Below, piece by piece: positions 27,167-40,235 of a stretch of DNA of 64,000 nucleotides. A program made the translations under genes and the position numbers. Below the pieces are notes generated by a model that had not been told where the DNA came from, ran no database searches, and was given only the letters and a program-made list of their open reading frames with translations. Each line of letters begins with the position of its first letter. The first letter of the stretch is position 1. Where the stretch lies: assembly GCF_009914755.1 (NCBI RefSeq), contig NC_060926.1. One strand, written 5' to 3'. The stretch comes from the human T2T-CHM13v2.0 reference genome, Homo sapiens.

Positions 27167-28643
27167 AGTCCAGTACTCTTCCCAGTGCACCTAAATCAAA
27201 ACTAAGTCAAAAATTTTTTAAGAAAAATAATGCACTGGCTGCACAGGAACGATGGTATAGAAGTGCCATTTTAACTGTTAGTTGCTAGGTAATGTCTTTC
27301 TATTCTTTAACTTCCAGCTTAATGCCAGCCTTGTGTGAGCTGTAACAATTTAATCATTCAGGTCCTCTGGCAAGTAGTGTTATAGAAATTGGATCATACC
27401 ATTATTTGTTGTTTTTATTTTGGCTTTTAAAATGAATGAACCATGTGTCCTCCTTTTAAGTGATTTTAGGAAGAGCAAATGATAAGGATGGACTGTAACA
27501 TTTTTTCCAGTTACTTAATTTCACTTTAAGAATAGTGATTTTTATTTGTTTTAAAATTTCCTGAGTGAGGGTTGTTAGGCAAAATGGACTCCATAGAGTG
27601 TATCATATTTTCCTGTCACTTTAGTGTCTCAGAATTAAACCATCATTTTATGTGGAAGCATAGCTCCGCTTTGCTCTACTGCAAGGTAGAGTGCTCAGTT
27701 ATTAGGTTGGAAGGAAACAAGTTAATTGATGTTTTCTTTTGAGAGAGGGCAATATGATCAGTCAGCAACTCCAGGTTTTTGTCACTTGTGATGACATTTT
27801 TTAATAGTATTCATGTTCCTTTCTTGCGTCAACACTTACTACATTAACAACACTGATTAGTTTCAGTAAATGTACATGTATAACAAAGTATACATGTACT
27901 AGTATATACTGTAAATTTTCAAATATAACTGAAGCAAATATTTTGTCTTATGCAGTTGACAGGGTATTGGTTAGTTACAGTTGTCATTTGAATCAGTGCT
28001 GTCTTATTTACATTATTTTCTAGATAGTTTGCTATGTATTTTAGGTACTTTAATAGCTCTTTAAATTAAAGAATGTCAAGGGATGTGTGTGGCTAGGTGG
28101 GTGTACACACACACATACATGAGGTCGCTCATGGATTCAGGTTTGTGAGTGTAATTGATTTTAAGTCATTTATTTGACAACCACACATTGTCACATAAGC
28201 ACACAAGAGGTTTAACATGTAATGGCCACAAAGTAATCTCTTTGTTATCTATGAAGCCGGTTTGGAATGTCTGACTGAGTAAAATGAGTGCAGTATATTC
28301 TGTGTAAACTAATAGTTCAAAATATACATATACCCATATCCCTAGTTGTTAGTTATACAGATATTTAGTTGTAATTACAATCTAGGTTTTGAATTATGGT
28401 GTTAAACCATTTGGTGGCATCACACATTAGACTAAAGTTTTATTATCTAACCCATGTATAGGCATGAATTTAGAGATACTAACAAGTATTGGTATTTCTC
28501 ATATTGAATATTTATGGAGCCCCTACTATGTGTTAGACATTGCTTGGTATTTAGAATATACCAGTGGACAAAGTCAGGCCTTGTCCACTCCCATATAGTC
28601 CTTCCTAACAAGGGATCAGGAAGACATGCACATTAATTTTTTT

Positions 28644-28766
28644 ATTTTTTACATGGGAGTCTCATTATGTTTCTCAGGCTGGCCTTGAATTCCTGGACTC
28701 AAGTAATCCTCCCACCTCAGCTTCCCGAGTAGCTGGGACTACAGTCATGCACCACCTTGGCTGACT
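28644..28766 (-). mobile_element. FLAM_A-like Alu monomer
   Basis: Monomer with ctcaagtaatcctcccacctcagc; TSD acattaattttttt at 28630 and 28767. Confidence 0.85.
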
Positions 28767-28847
28767 ACATTAATTTTTTTAAATTGCAAATATGTTAATT
28801 GCAACAAAGGAAAAATACTGAGTGTTATGATAGTGAACCATAGGAGT

Positions 28848-29566
28848 TGTGTTATCTATTGCTACTTAACAAATTACCCCACAATTTAGTGGCTTTAAAT
28901 GGAAAACATTATTATTTCATACTTTCTGTAAGACAAGAGTTTGGGAGAGGAGTAGCTGCTAGCTGGGTGGTTCTGGTTCAGGGTCTTCCATGAAATTGCA
29001 GTTAAGGTATCAGCAGGCTGTAGCTGTCTGAAGACTTGATGAGATTGGAAGATCTATTTTCAAGGTGGCTCACTCACATAAAAAGCTGTTGGCAGAAGGT
29101 CTCAGTTCCTCACTGGCTGTTGGCAAATGGCCCTAGTTTCTTGACTTGTTGGCCTACCTGTAGGCTGCTTAAGTGTTCTCATAAAAGGGCAGTTAACTTC
29201 CTCTAGAGTAAGTGACCTGAGGGAGGGAAGGATGACATTTCCATGTAACCTGGACTTCTATAAACCTGATGACTGGGTTTCAAGAGCGAATATTCTGAAG
29301 CAGGGGAAGTGGGAAGAAGAGAGGGAGCTCATGGGTGTGTATATGTGTGCAGCAGATGAAATCCTCATTACTTTTTTTGACCTAGGCTTGGAATTCATAC
29401 AGCATCACTTCTGCTGCTTTTGTTGGAGGTAATCAGAAAGTTCCACCCAAATTCAAAGGGAGCAGAAATAGACCATGCCTCTTCATGGAGGAATGGCCAG
29501 GTTCTGAAAAAGCATTTGGACCAATATTATTCATGTGGTCATTTTTGGAAAATACAGTTTGCTACA
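28848..29566 (-). mobile_element. MaLR LTR (MLT1F/G-like)
   Basis: ttatctattgctacttaacaaattaccccacaatttagtggcttt ... catttttggaaaatacagtttgctaca. Confidence 0.75.
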
Positions 29567-30349
29567 GAAGGGAGAGCAAGAGCAGATGCTGGAAGATCAG
29601 TAACATGCTTCTAATAGTCTAGGAAGGATTTGATGGTAGTGGAAGTGGAGGTTGTAAGAAGTAGATAATACAAAAGGTGTGCCGAAGTATGGATAGCATC
29701 TGTTGATTGAAAAGATGTGGATGGTGAAGGAGATGTATATGTCAGGGATGATGCCCATGTTTCTGACGTAAGTATTAAATGCAGTGCCATATTCGGAGAT
29801 AGGAAATCCTGGAGGGTGTAAAGATGGAAGTTTTAGTTTTTGTTTTCAATGGTTGTGGTTGTGGTGGGTGGGGGAACATTTTAAGTTCATTTCTGAACAA
29901 AGTGAGTTTGAGTTACTTAAGGGATATTCAGTGGAAATGGAGTGTTGCTAGTTGGCTACATTTCATTCTGATACAACTCAGAGAAGCAGCCTGGGTTGGA
30001 AATTATTTGAGTATTTTAGGTGTATAGATGGCAGTATGTATCAATAAAGTTCACTTAGGTGAGTGTAAACGGAGAGGATGAAAAGAGGGGAAAAAAGCTT
30101 TGAGAAGAGTTAACTTTTAATGATTGATTAGGGAAGGCTAAGGTCAACTTTCAGTGATTGATTAGAGAGGGCTACATGAGCAAGCAAGGCTGAGAAGGAC
30201 TAACCTGAGAGATTGGAAGAAAACAAAGAGGTTGTATGTCATGGAAACCTGAGGTAGAAAGTATTTCATAGGTGTGCCAGGTAAGTTGAGGACTGGATAA
30301 TCTTTATTGATTGTTGTCTCTTGGAGGTGACTTCAGCAGAGCTGTTTTA

Positions 30350-30567
30350 TTATTTTTTAAATTTTTATTGATATAGTTATACATGTTTTTGAGATACATG
30401 TGATATATGATACCTTTATATGATGTATAATGATCAAATGGGGATAATTGGGATATCCATCATCTCAAACATTTATCTTTATGTTGGTAGCATTACAGAT
30501 CTTCTCTTCGAGCTACTTTGAAATATATAATAAATTATTAACTATAATTTCCCACTGTATTATTGAA
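30350..30567 (-). mobile_element. L1MA 3' end fragment
   Basis: tgtataatgatcaaat ... gggatatccatcatctcaaacatttatc ... gctactttgaaatatataataaattatt. Confidence 0.85.
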
Positions 30568-31789
30568 GTGGAAGTGAAGTCAATTTAGAATGGTGTGAAA
30601 AGTGAGTGGGAAGGAAGAGAACGGTGATGCCTGATGAAGCAGCCCTTAAGATGTGTGGTCAAGCAGGCATTAGAGACTGAGGTCAATAGCTGCAAAGAAA
30701 AACGAAGTACAGAGTTGTTTTTTTCTTAATTAATATTTTTTTCCCTTTTAAGATGGAAGGGGTTCACAACTTTTATATGCTTATGGTAAGGATCTGGGAG
30801 ACAACAAAAAGGGTGGAATCCTATACATGTGAATTTAGTATAAAATTCAGGACATGCAAAAACATATTTAAAAATTGAAACAGCATTTATGGCCCAATAT
30901 TTTAAGCCTACATATAGTCACATTAGGACATTTTAAAATGAGGGCTTTATCACATAGCTTATATGTGTTCTTTGTGAACTAAATTGGTGACTTGCATTTT
31001 TTTTATTTTAATACATCTAGAACATTTTGTCAATAACTACAGTGTTTACTGAGACAAAGTAGGGATAGATGATAGTACTTAATGATTTTTGCAATAAAGA
31101 CTAACAAAAACAAAAAGACTACTTATTAAAAAGACCAAGTGGTGAAATAAATGATAAAAGTATAATCTGGAGGAAATGCAGTATTAAAAGACAGTGTCAG
31201 AATTCTTGGAAAAATGAACAGTTTTCATTATATGATAAAGGTAAGATGATTTTTTACTTTAAATTTTTTATAATAACAGATAAGGATGGAATAAAAGCAA
31301 GTTAATTGGTTTTAGGAAGTCACTAGGAAAAATCGACATTTAAAAAATAAATACCACAAATTCCATCAAAGGTGAATGGTAAGAGAAAATCTTAAAAGAA
31401 TGCACAGAAGCCTGGACTGGAGTATAATCACTAAAATGATTACATGGTCCTTGTTCCATATACTAGAGATGATACCCACAAAACTTAAGTCACTAGTTCA
31501 GCAATTTATAGCTAACTATGCTGCAAGTGCCCAAACTAGAAACTGGGTACTCTTCTCACCAGCAAATGTTGTTTCTGTTATATAGTACCATGGAGCATGT
31601 TAGAGCAATGAGAATGAGTCCAGAGTAATTAGCCATGAAGATTAAAATTTGTTGAATTCAACTAGCTTTATAAAGTTATAGGAAATTTTAGAAAGATAAA
31701 ATAACCACATGCTACTTCTGGCATTCATATGGCAGACCTTGAAATAAATACTAGTGAACAATGTAGTGGGCCCGGTTTCAAATAACTGA

Positions 31790-32041
<252 letters not shown>

Positions 32042-32084
32042 TAAAAATGACAGGGTTGGAGTCAGAGCTATAAAAAAACTCAAA

Positions 32085-32280
32085 TTTATTGTCACCAACT
32101 ATGTGGCAGGTCGTATCATTTTCTTAATATTTCTTATTTAATATGTAACACCCTATGAGGCTGCTTATGTCAGACTCATTTTACAGTTTAGCCTAGATAA
32201 CTTGACAATTACCTGGCTTATAAGTAATGGAGGTAGAATCCCAGCTCAAGTCTGTTGACCCCCAAACTGATTCTTTTTGC
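32085..32280 (-). mobile_element. MIR SINE
   Basis: actatgtggcagg ... acaccctatgagg ... cattttacag ... ctcaagtctgttgacccc. Confidence 0.6.
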
Positions 32281-34611
32281 AAAGCATTAGTGTTTCCCAA
32301 ACCTTAGTTTTGTACAGCTTTAACAACTGTCGCCCTATCAGTCTCACGACTATTATGATTTACTAGAAATTTTTCTTTAAATGTGTATTCATATATTTTA
32401 CTTAAATATATTTCAGAAGGAAACTGCTTGATAAATAAGAACAAAACTTAACAAAAAATTGGTATGAAAGTCTGAAAAGATAAGGAACTCTTTCTCCCCT
32501 CATGGGCAGTGGGGTGGATATATATGAAAGATAGGAAGGACCAAGGGCCCAGAGAGAGGGAACCTCTTTAAGTTAGAAGCCAGAGCCTGGAAATGCCATA
32601 ACTGTTCTAAGAATTGTGCTTGAAACTGGCAATTTGATCCCATCTGATTGAGAACTTTATATCACAGACAGAGTAGGGAGAGTGAGGAGCAGCTGGATTT
32701 GATTTAAAAGAGAAAACTGGAGGTGGAGACAGAATTGGGCCAGGAATGCAACCTGTGTTATAGAAGGGCCTGAGACTGATAGAACATTCCCTGAGAGTGG
32801 GGAGAAGGTTAAAGCCTGAAGGAAGGACATAGGGATCGGGAGTATGGAAGAATCACAGGGGCTGGAAGTTTACATTAAAGTGGGATACAGTGGTCAAGAC
32901 TCCTGGAAATAGATGTGTGCAGGTAAAGGCTGAGGTCCAGGAGGGGCCAGTGGGACGAGTTTAGAGCAGAACCAGTAAAGGGGGCTCAGAAATGAAGCCT
33001 TAGGGATGGTTGCGTCTGAGGTTGGGATGGTAATTTTTGAGTTAGGGGCATGAGGGGGGTGGAAACCAAGCATGATCCCTCCTGGATTAAGCCAACACTT
33101 TTTCTTCTGAAACTGGACTACGAATGTGACAATTCTGAGCAGTTTTCTCCAAGGGAAGACAGCGTGTATGTGTATTGTCTAAAGTCACCTCATGGAAATG
33201 CGGTAATATGCATACCATCCTTTTGGGAAATGTAGCTTTTTCTAGACTGGATTCATCTATGCCTTCCTACTCTGGACTCTTCCTTGATCCATTTTTTTTT
33301 TTTAATACGGAAGTGTCATATGTTGCTTATTTAACAACAGCATAAAAGGTTTTTTTGTTTTTCTTTGTTTGTTTCCTAATTTGTTTAAGTAATAGTTAGA
33401 TCTAGTATGCTTTGGACTTACCTTGTCTTTCAGCTCCGAACTAAAACGGGTATCTGCTAACTACAGGATAGGGGGTTTAAGATGCTTTTTTAAAGGGAGT
33501 GATTGACGAGGGCCCTGTTGCTACAGGATTTTTTGGTTAGAGGAATCCCAGCTTCATGTCAGCCATCATCTTCCAGCTCAGTCTTCTGAGCGTGACTCTC
33601 TTTTTTCTGTATTTCTTTTCACAGTGCCTTTACTTTCTGCTTTCTCTTTCTACCTGGAAGACCACCCTAATTTTGTTTTCGTTGTATTTTTAACCTAGCT
33701 CTACATTATGGGGCTGCTACAGTGATTGTGCTTTGGCTTCACTTATGCCTGTGGGACTTTCATTTTCTTTACTCTTCTTGGTACTGCTGGCTGTCTTCTA
33801 AAATGAATGTTCTTGAATGTATAATAAAAACAGTTATACTCTAGTAGCAATTTATGCCAATAAAATATAAAGAACACTAATTATGTTTAGAGATTCTGTC
33901 CACCTTGGAGGAATGCATTCTGGTGATGTACCTGTATACATAAATACATATCCACACATATAAGCACCTGTGTTTACACATGTGTTTAATATTTTTATCT
34001 CTGTGTGTGTGTATATATATATATATATTTGACCTAGGAAGATAATATTTTTATCTGTGTATACATATATATTTGGCCTAGGATTGTACAGTTTATCTGG
34101 GTGCAGATACCTATCTACCTTTCAGTGCAGTTAATCTATTCTTGATGAGCTTTTGTGCCCGAGGACTCAGGGGAGTATAGTAGTAAAACTGTGCCCTTTT
34201 TATTTGCTGATCTCCCTGCATTTTGTTTCAATTTCTGTGTTTTTTTTTTTTTTTTTTCCATTAGTGAGCTGATTCTGAAGAGCTTGAAGGAAGTCATTTT
34301 AATTGAAGGAGTTAGGGTTTCTTCCTCACACTTTCCCAGTCCTCCAGGACTCTTCATCTTTGATTTCATACAGTTGGTAACATCTTAACAAATGACCATA
34401 GTATAATAATAAATATGTATAATTATTTTCTTCTGTGTCTGGAGGGTCTAGAAAAGCTCATGCCTTTTATATAGGGGAGTGTTATTTTCCTCATAAACAA
34501 TTACCTGAGTTGGATGTCAGGATAGATCTAGGTTCCATGCTCTCAGATTTTTCATTGTAAAGTAAGGAAGTTGGAAATACTACAACTCTTAAGTTCCTTT
34601 CTAGCTCTAAA

Positions 34612-34900
<289 letters not shown>

Positions 34901-35314
34901 TAGCTCTAAAATTTATGAGAATACGGGTCCCTGAAATTCTTAGTTGATAGACGCTAAATCATTGGAACATGTTCAGCCGGTGCTCAAAATGTGCTGCCCA
35001 TAAATGTCACTCAGAAGCATATTAACCTTGCATTAATCTTTTTTCTACCTGTAATATAAACTTTTAAACTTTCAAAATTCAGTGTTCAGTGTCATTTTTA
35101 ACTTGGCGGTTGTTTCATCTTGTTACTTTGGAAACCACAGCATATATTTTATTTTGGTTTTGCATTTTGAAGGAATAATAGAAACTAGAAAACTCAGGAG
35201 ATGGGAGCTTCATTTGTAATTATCTCAAAAATTATTTTCATTGGGGAACACAATGTACCAGTGATTTTTTTAAAAAGTCTACTTACTATTAGTTTTTTTA
35301 AACATAAAAATATG

Positions 35315-35700
35315 AGCTTTATTGAGATAATTGACAAATTTAAATATGTATAGTTAAGGTATACAGCTTGATATTTTGGTATGTATATTTTGATACATGT
35401 ATATTGTGAAATAATCACCATAAGCTAGTTAACGTAGCCTTCACCTTACATACTTACCATTTTCTTTTAATTTTTTTCTTTTTTTTGTGGTGAGAACATT
35501 TAAGATCTACTTTCTCAGCAAATATCAAGTGTATGATACAATATTGTTAACTGTAGACACGTTGCTGTACATTAGATCTCCAGAACTTGTTCATCTTGCA
35601 TAGCTAGAATTGTGTACCTTTTGACCAATATCTCCCCATTTCCCCATACGTCAACCCCTGACAACTAGTGTTCTACTCTTTGCATCTCTGAGTTTGACTA
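35315..35700 (-). mobile_element. L1MA (MA8-10-like) 3' end
   Basis: gtggtgagaacatttaagatctac, gctgtacattagatctccagaactt, ctgagtttgact. Confidence 0.85.
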
Positions 35701-35734
35701 CTGTATTTCTTATCTGTTTTTGTGGGAAGGTTGA

Positions 35735-36149
35735 TGTATTAGTTTCCTGGGGCTGCCATAACCAAGTACCACAAATTGGGTGACTTTGAACATAAATTTA
35801 TTGTCTCACAAATCTAGAGGCTAGTTCTCCAGTATAAGATGTGGACAGGGCCGTGCTCCCTCTGAAATCTGTAGGGGGAGCATCCTTCCTTGCCTCTATT
35901 AGCTTGTGTTTTTGACGTCACTCTACCTCCATTGTCACATGGCTGCCTTCTTCCTGAGTATCTCTGTCTCTCTTCTCTTCTTGTAAGGACATAACCCATA
36001 AAGATTAAGGGCCACCATACTCTGGTATAACCTCATCTTCACTAATTACATCTGCAGTGACTCTGTTTCCAAATATGCTCACATTTTGAGATACTGGGGG
36101 TTAGAACTTCAACATTATCTTTTAGGGGCCTACAATTCAAGCTGTCACA
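35735..36149 (-). mobile_element. MLT1C-like MaLR solo LTR
   Basis: tgtattagtttcctggggctgccataac ... tacaattcaagctgtcaca; perfect TSD gttga at 35730-35734 and 36150-36154. Confidence 0.88.
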
Positions 36150-36980
36150 GTTGATTAAAAGATTTTGATCCTTAATAATAATGTAATAAAACTAGAATTA
36201 TTTCCTTTGTTTTTAATTCATAGTCATTTCAATAATACCACTACGACTTTTCCATCTGCTGAGCAAATCTTATCAAATACTTCTTTGTTTCTTGTGTCTA
36301 AGTTCAAATAAAAGCCATAGTGTGGATTCAGAGGGAATGCCTAAACTAGTCTTCATATAGAGCTAAGGGAAAAAAGGTAAATGGTTAAAGTGGGTTTCAT
36401 ATGTAATGCATAAGGAAAAAAGTAAGGTAGTCATAAAAAATAGACAACTTGAAATTCACCTCATTATATCTGGATTTCCCTGACATGGGTAAATCTAGTG
36501 ATATGGTTGTAGGTGACTGGATGGATTAAGTTTTTTATTAAGTTTTTAGAGTTAGGGAATGGTAGAGGATAGGAAAGGGGAATTTTTATCCTTCCTGTTT
36601 TGTAATATTTTAGTTGGACATGTTTCAATATTTGTGTATGCATTTGAAACTGATGAAAGGGTTATTACATACTTTGTCAATCATTTCTTACCCTACTATA
36701 TGTGAAAAGTAGTAATTATTTCAGGGAAAGGTGGTTTACAGAAATAGGATAATAGCTACAGCAATATACCAGTCTTCGTGGGCTTTCACATATAGTAATG
36801 TAGTTGCGACTACGAAACATGAGATTAGTCAGGATTGTGATGTTTTTGCTGACAAATAAGATATTAATCCTAATGGAGTATTGTTTTCCCTTGTGAAGTC
36901 ATATATTCATTTAAGTTACATTTTTCTGTCTTTATCCGAGTGTTAAAAATTGATTATCCAGATAACCTCACCATTACAGT

Positions 36981-38010
36981 GTTTCTTCTTTTCTCTTCTT
37001 TTTTTTTTGTTTTCTTTTCTTTTTTTCCTCTTTTCTCTTTTCTTTTCCCCTCCCTCCCTCCCTTCCTCCCTTCCTTCCTTTCTCCCTCCCTCCCTCTCTC
37101 TTTCTTTTTCTCTTTCTTTCTCTCTCTCTCTTCCTTTCCTTTCCTTTCCTTCTTTCTTTTATTCTTTCTTTACAACTTTTCTTTTAAATATACTCCCTTC
37201 CTTCCTTCCTTCCTTCCTTCCTTCCTCCCTCCCTCCCTCCCTTCCTTCCTTCCTCCCTCCCTCCCTTCCTTCCTCCCTCCCTCCCTTCCTCCCTTCCTTC
37301 CTCCCTCCCTCCCTTCCTTCCTCCCTCCCTCCCTTCCTTCCTTCCTCCCTCCCTCCCTCCCTTCCTTCCTTCCTCCCTCCCTCCCTTCCTTCCTCCCTCC
37401 CTCCCTCCCTCCCTCCCTTCCTCCCTCCCTCCCTTCCTCCCTCCCTCCCTTCCTTCCTTCCTTCCTCCCTCCCTCCCTTCCTCCCTCCCTCCCTTCCTTC
37501 CTTCCTTCCTCCCTCCCTCCCTCCCTTCCTCCCTCCCTCCCTTCCTCCCTTCCTTCCTCCCTCCCTCCCTTCCTTCCTCCCTCCCTTCCTTCCTCCCTCC
37601 CTCCCTTCCTCCCTTCCTTCCTCCCTCCCTCCCTTCCTCCCTCCCTCCCTTCCTTCCTTCCTTCCTCCCTCCCTCCCTCCCTTCCTCCCTCCCTCCCTTC
37701 CTCCCTTCCTTCCTCCCTCCCTCCCTTCCTTCCTCCCTCCCTTCCTTCCTCCCTTCCTTCCTCCCTCCCTCCCTTCCTTCCTCCCTCCCTCCCTTCCTTC
37801 CTCCCTCCCTCCCTTCCTTCCTTCCTCCCTCCCTCCCTTCCTTCCTCCCTCCCTCCCTTCCTTCCTCCCTCCCTTCCTTCCTCCCTCCCTTCCTTCCTCC
37901 CTCCCTCCCTTCCTTCCTCCCTCCCTTCCTTCCTTCCTCCCTCTCTCCCTCCCTTTTTTCCTTCCTTCCTTCCTTCCTTCCTTCCTTCCTTCCTTCTTTC
38001 CTTCCTTCCC
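36981..38010. repeat. Compound (CCTT)/(CCCT) pyrimidine microsatellite; 37195-38010 contains only C and T
   Basis: Direct reading; explains the LPSF/GRKE pseudo-ORFs in four frames. Confidence 0.98.
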
Positions 38011-38646
38011 AACTTTTCTTTTAAATATACTATATCTATTAATGTCTGTGGTCATGGAACCATATAAAGTAATTTAGCAGTTTTTGACCAGTGGATTTCT
38101 TAATACTTTTGCAGACTAGCTTTCTATTTGTTTTTATTTTATCTTTTTCAAGGATTATAAGTAGGTTGGAAAATACTTCTGGGTTTTGCTTTCTTAAGTG
38201 ATTTTTAAATGCATCTAAAAGTTTAGAGTAAAAGTGCCCAGAATCCTTGACCTTAGTCTTCCTTCTATGTGAAACCACCAATTTTTCCCTTTTGGTCACT
38301 TTTTTACTGTTAAGGGTAAAAACTGCTCTGCCTTAAAACTTTTGTGAAGGTAAAATAATAATGTACGTTAACATTTTGGAAATTGTAAAATGCAGTACAG
38401 ATGTAATAAGATAGCATTAACAGTAATATTGGAAAGTAAATGGAACATTAAACTTTGATGTCCTATGATTAATATTGTTATGGCAAACATACTATAAGTT
38501 TAGGAGTCAGACTGCCATTTTTTTATGAATGTTAATAGTTATTTTATAGGAAATGTAACCTTTTTGGTTAGACTCTTGAAAATAAGATTAGTATTATTGC
38601 TAGCTCTATTTCAGGAAGATTTATCAAACATTTAGAAAAATAAACA

Positions 38647-39584
38647 CAGTTGATTTTCATTATTCTCGGTGGTGTTATGTTCCATAAAGTTGTCAAACAC
38701 CGAATTAGCGAATACTGAACCATTACTCCTAGGGGAAATAAAAGATTATCTTTTTTTGATCTTCTAGTTAATTATGTAAATTAATACATAACCATTTTAT
38801 GTTTCTGTTGAAAAACATCTTCTCAGTGTATATTGTTGATTCATTAACATTTAACTCGTGGCCAACAGCACTATAACCATGCCTGAAGGAAGCTCATCTA
38901 AACATGTATTTTATCAGTAAAGCATGTCACAGCCTTCTTGCACTTAGAAACACTAGATAGCACTTTAGCATTATGTTGGGGACCATTTCAAACAATGAAA
39001 TTACTAACAAAAAGCACAAAAATGCAAAAAGCATGGTACTAAGTAGGCTGCAAAAAAAAACAAAAAACAAAAAAAAAACCCCACAGGTTTACAGAAAGAG
39101 AGCTGAAACAGAAGACAGAGTGCTGCCTTGTTCAACCTCAGCTGGGACTCAAATTTTTCTCCACTCTGCGCATTGTCTGTAAATGACTGCAAAAGCCCCT
39201 AGTATTGATTTTTGGCTTACAAATACCAGATGTCCTTCAACTTACAATGGGGCTATGTCCTGATAAGCACTACTGGAAGTCAAAAATACAGTTAATGCTG
39301 GTAATAAACCAGATAGTCCCCGACCAACAGTGGTTCCACTTAATGTTTTTTACGATGGTGAGAAAGCAATATACATTTAGTAGAAATCACATGCATTCAG
39401 TAGAAACCATAACCCCGACATGAGTAAGTTGTGAGGAGTTCCTTGACTTACAGTGGGGCCGCGCCCCAATAAACCCATCCTAACATCTGAAAATCATTAA
39501 GTAGAAACATCAGGAACCATCTTTATATTTTTAGGAGTAGGTGAATTCACAGACACAAAATCCCCAAATAATGAGAATTGACTG
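38647..39584. mobile_element. MER82 (Tigger-derived), split by a MER47/Tigger5 element
   Basis: TIRs cagttgattttcattatt and aataatgagaattgactg; internal gaattagcgaatactgaaccatt and gccaacagcactataac. Confidence 0.8.
39226..39524. mobile_element. MER47/Tigger5-family element nested in MER82
   Basis: cagatgtccttcaacttacaatggggctatgtcctgataa, cagatagtccccgac, aataaacccatc. Confidence 0.65.
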
Positions 39585-39999
39585 TATGCTGAATAGTGAG
39601 AAAATGATTTGGATTAAGTTAGTATTTTAGTTGTTAAAATTTGATTTAGTTACTTTTATCTTGAATTTCTTAATCTTTCATAGTAAATAGAACATCCTCT
39701 ACTTTTGTCTTCTGATTTCTCAAACAATGTATATTGCCACAAAAACTCCATTATCAATGATATTTGTTACAAATACTTAAAATTAATGCTTTCACCTTTC
39801 ATTTGATAATAAGGAGTTTGCTACTTAAAGGAATCATGAATTGCTTTGTGGCACAAGAAGACAGAGGAATTCGGCCAGTGTGAGGCATCCCTTACTTTCT
39901 TTAACACAGCCGCCTGATAGAACAGTAGCCATGCTCTTTAAGTAACTCTACTCTGACAACCTCGAAGGATTTCTGGGCATAAAAATTGGGGGCATCCAA

Positions 40000-40235
40000 T
40001 ATAGCAAAGGGGTTGAGAGCATGGACTCTATCTTGGTACCATCACTTACCAGATGTGTGGCTTTAGGTTCATTACTTAAATTCTTTGTGTGTTAATTTTT
40101 AAATGACGATGATAAAATATCTACCTGATAATTTTGGTGTGAGAATTAAATGAATTGATACATGGAAAGTTCATAAACTGGTGCCCTCCACGTAAGTTCG
40201 TGCTAGATAAATGTTAGCTATAATCATTACTACTA
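40000..40235 (+). mobile_element. MIR SINE
   Basis: ggttgagagcatggactct ... cacttaccagatgtgtg ... gtgagaattaaatga ... taaatgttagcta. Confidence 0.75.

Larger units (their letters stand above)
28500..30340 (-). mobile_element. Fragmented L2 hosting FLAM and MLT1 insertions
   Basis: Reverse L2 tail gaatatttatggagcccctactatgtgttagacattg; purine-rich L2 body at 29570-30340. Confidence 0.65.

Noticed and set aside
33498-33592. Possible C/D box snoRNA (gtgattga ... ctga)
   Set aside because: C box is non-canonical and no terminal stem directly flanks the boxes
33555-33692. 45-codon hydrophobic micro-ORF (MSAIIFQLSLL...)
   Set aside because: Hydrophobicity follows from the pyrimidine tract; no independent support
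36940-38077. Four long ORFs (375, 375, 298, 280 aa; LPSF- and GRKE-rich)
   Set aside because: Artefacts of a stop-free CCTT/CCCT microsatellite; open in several frames on both strands
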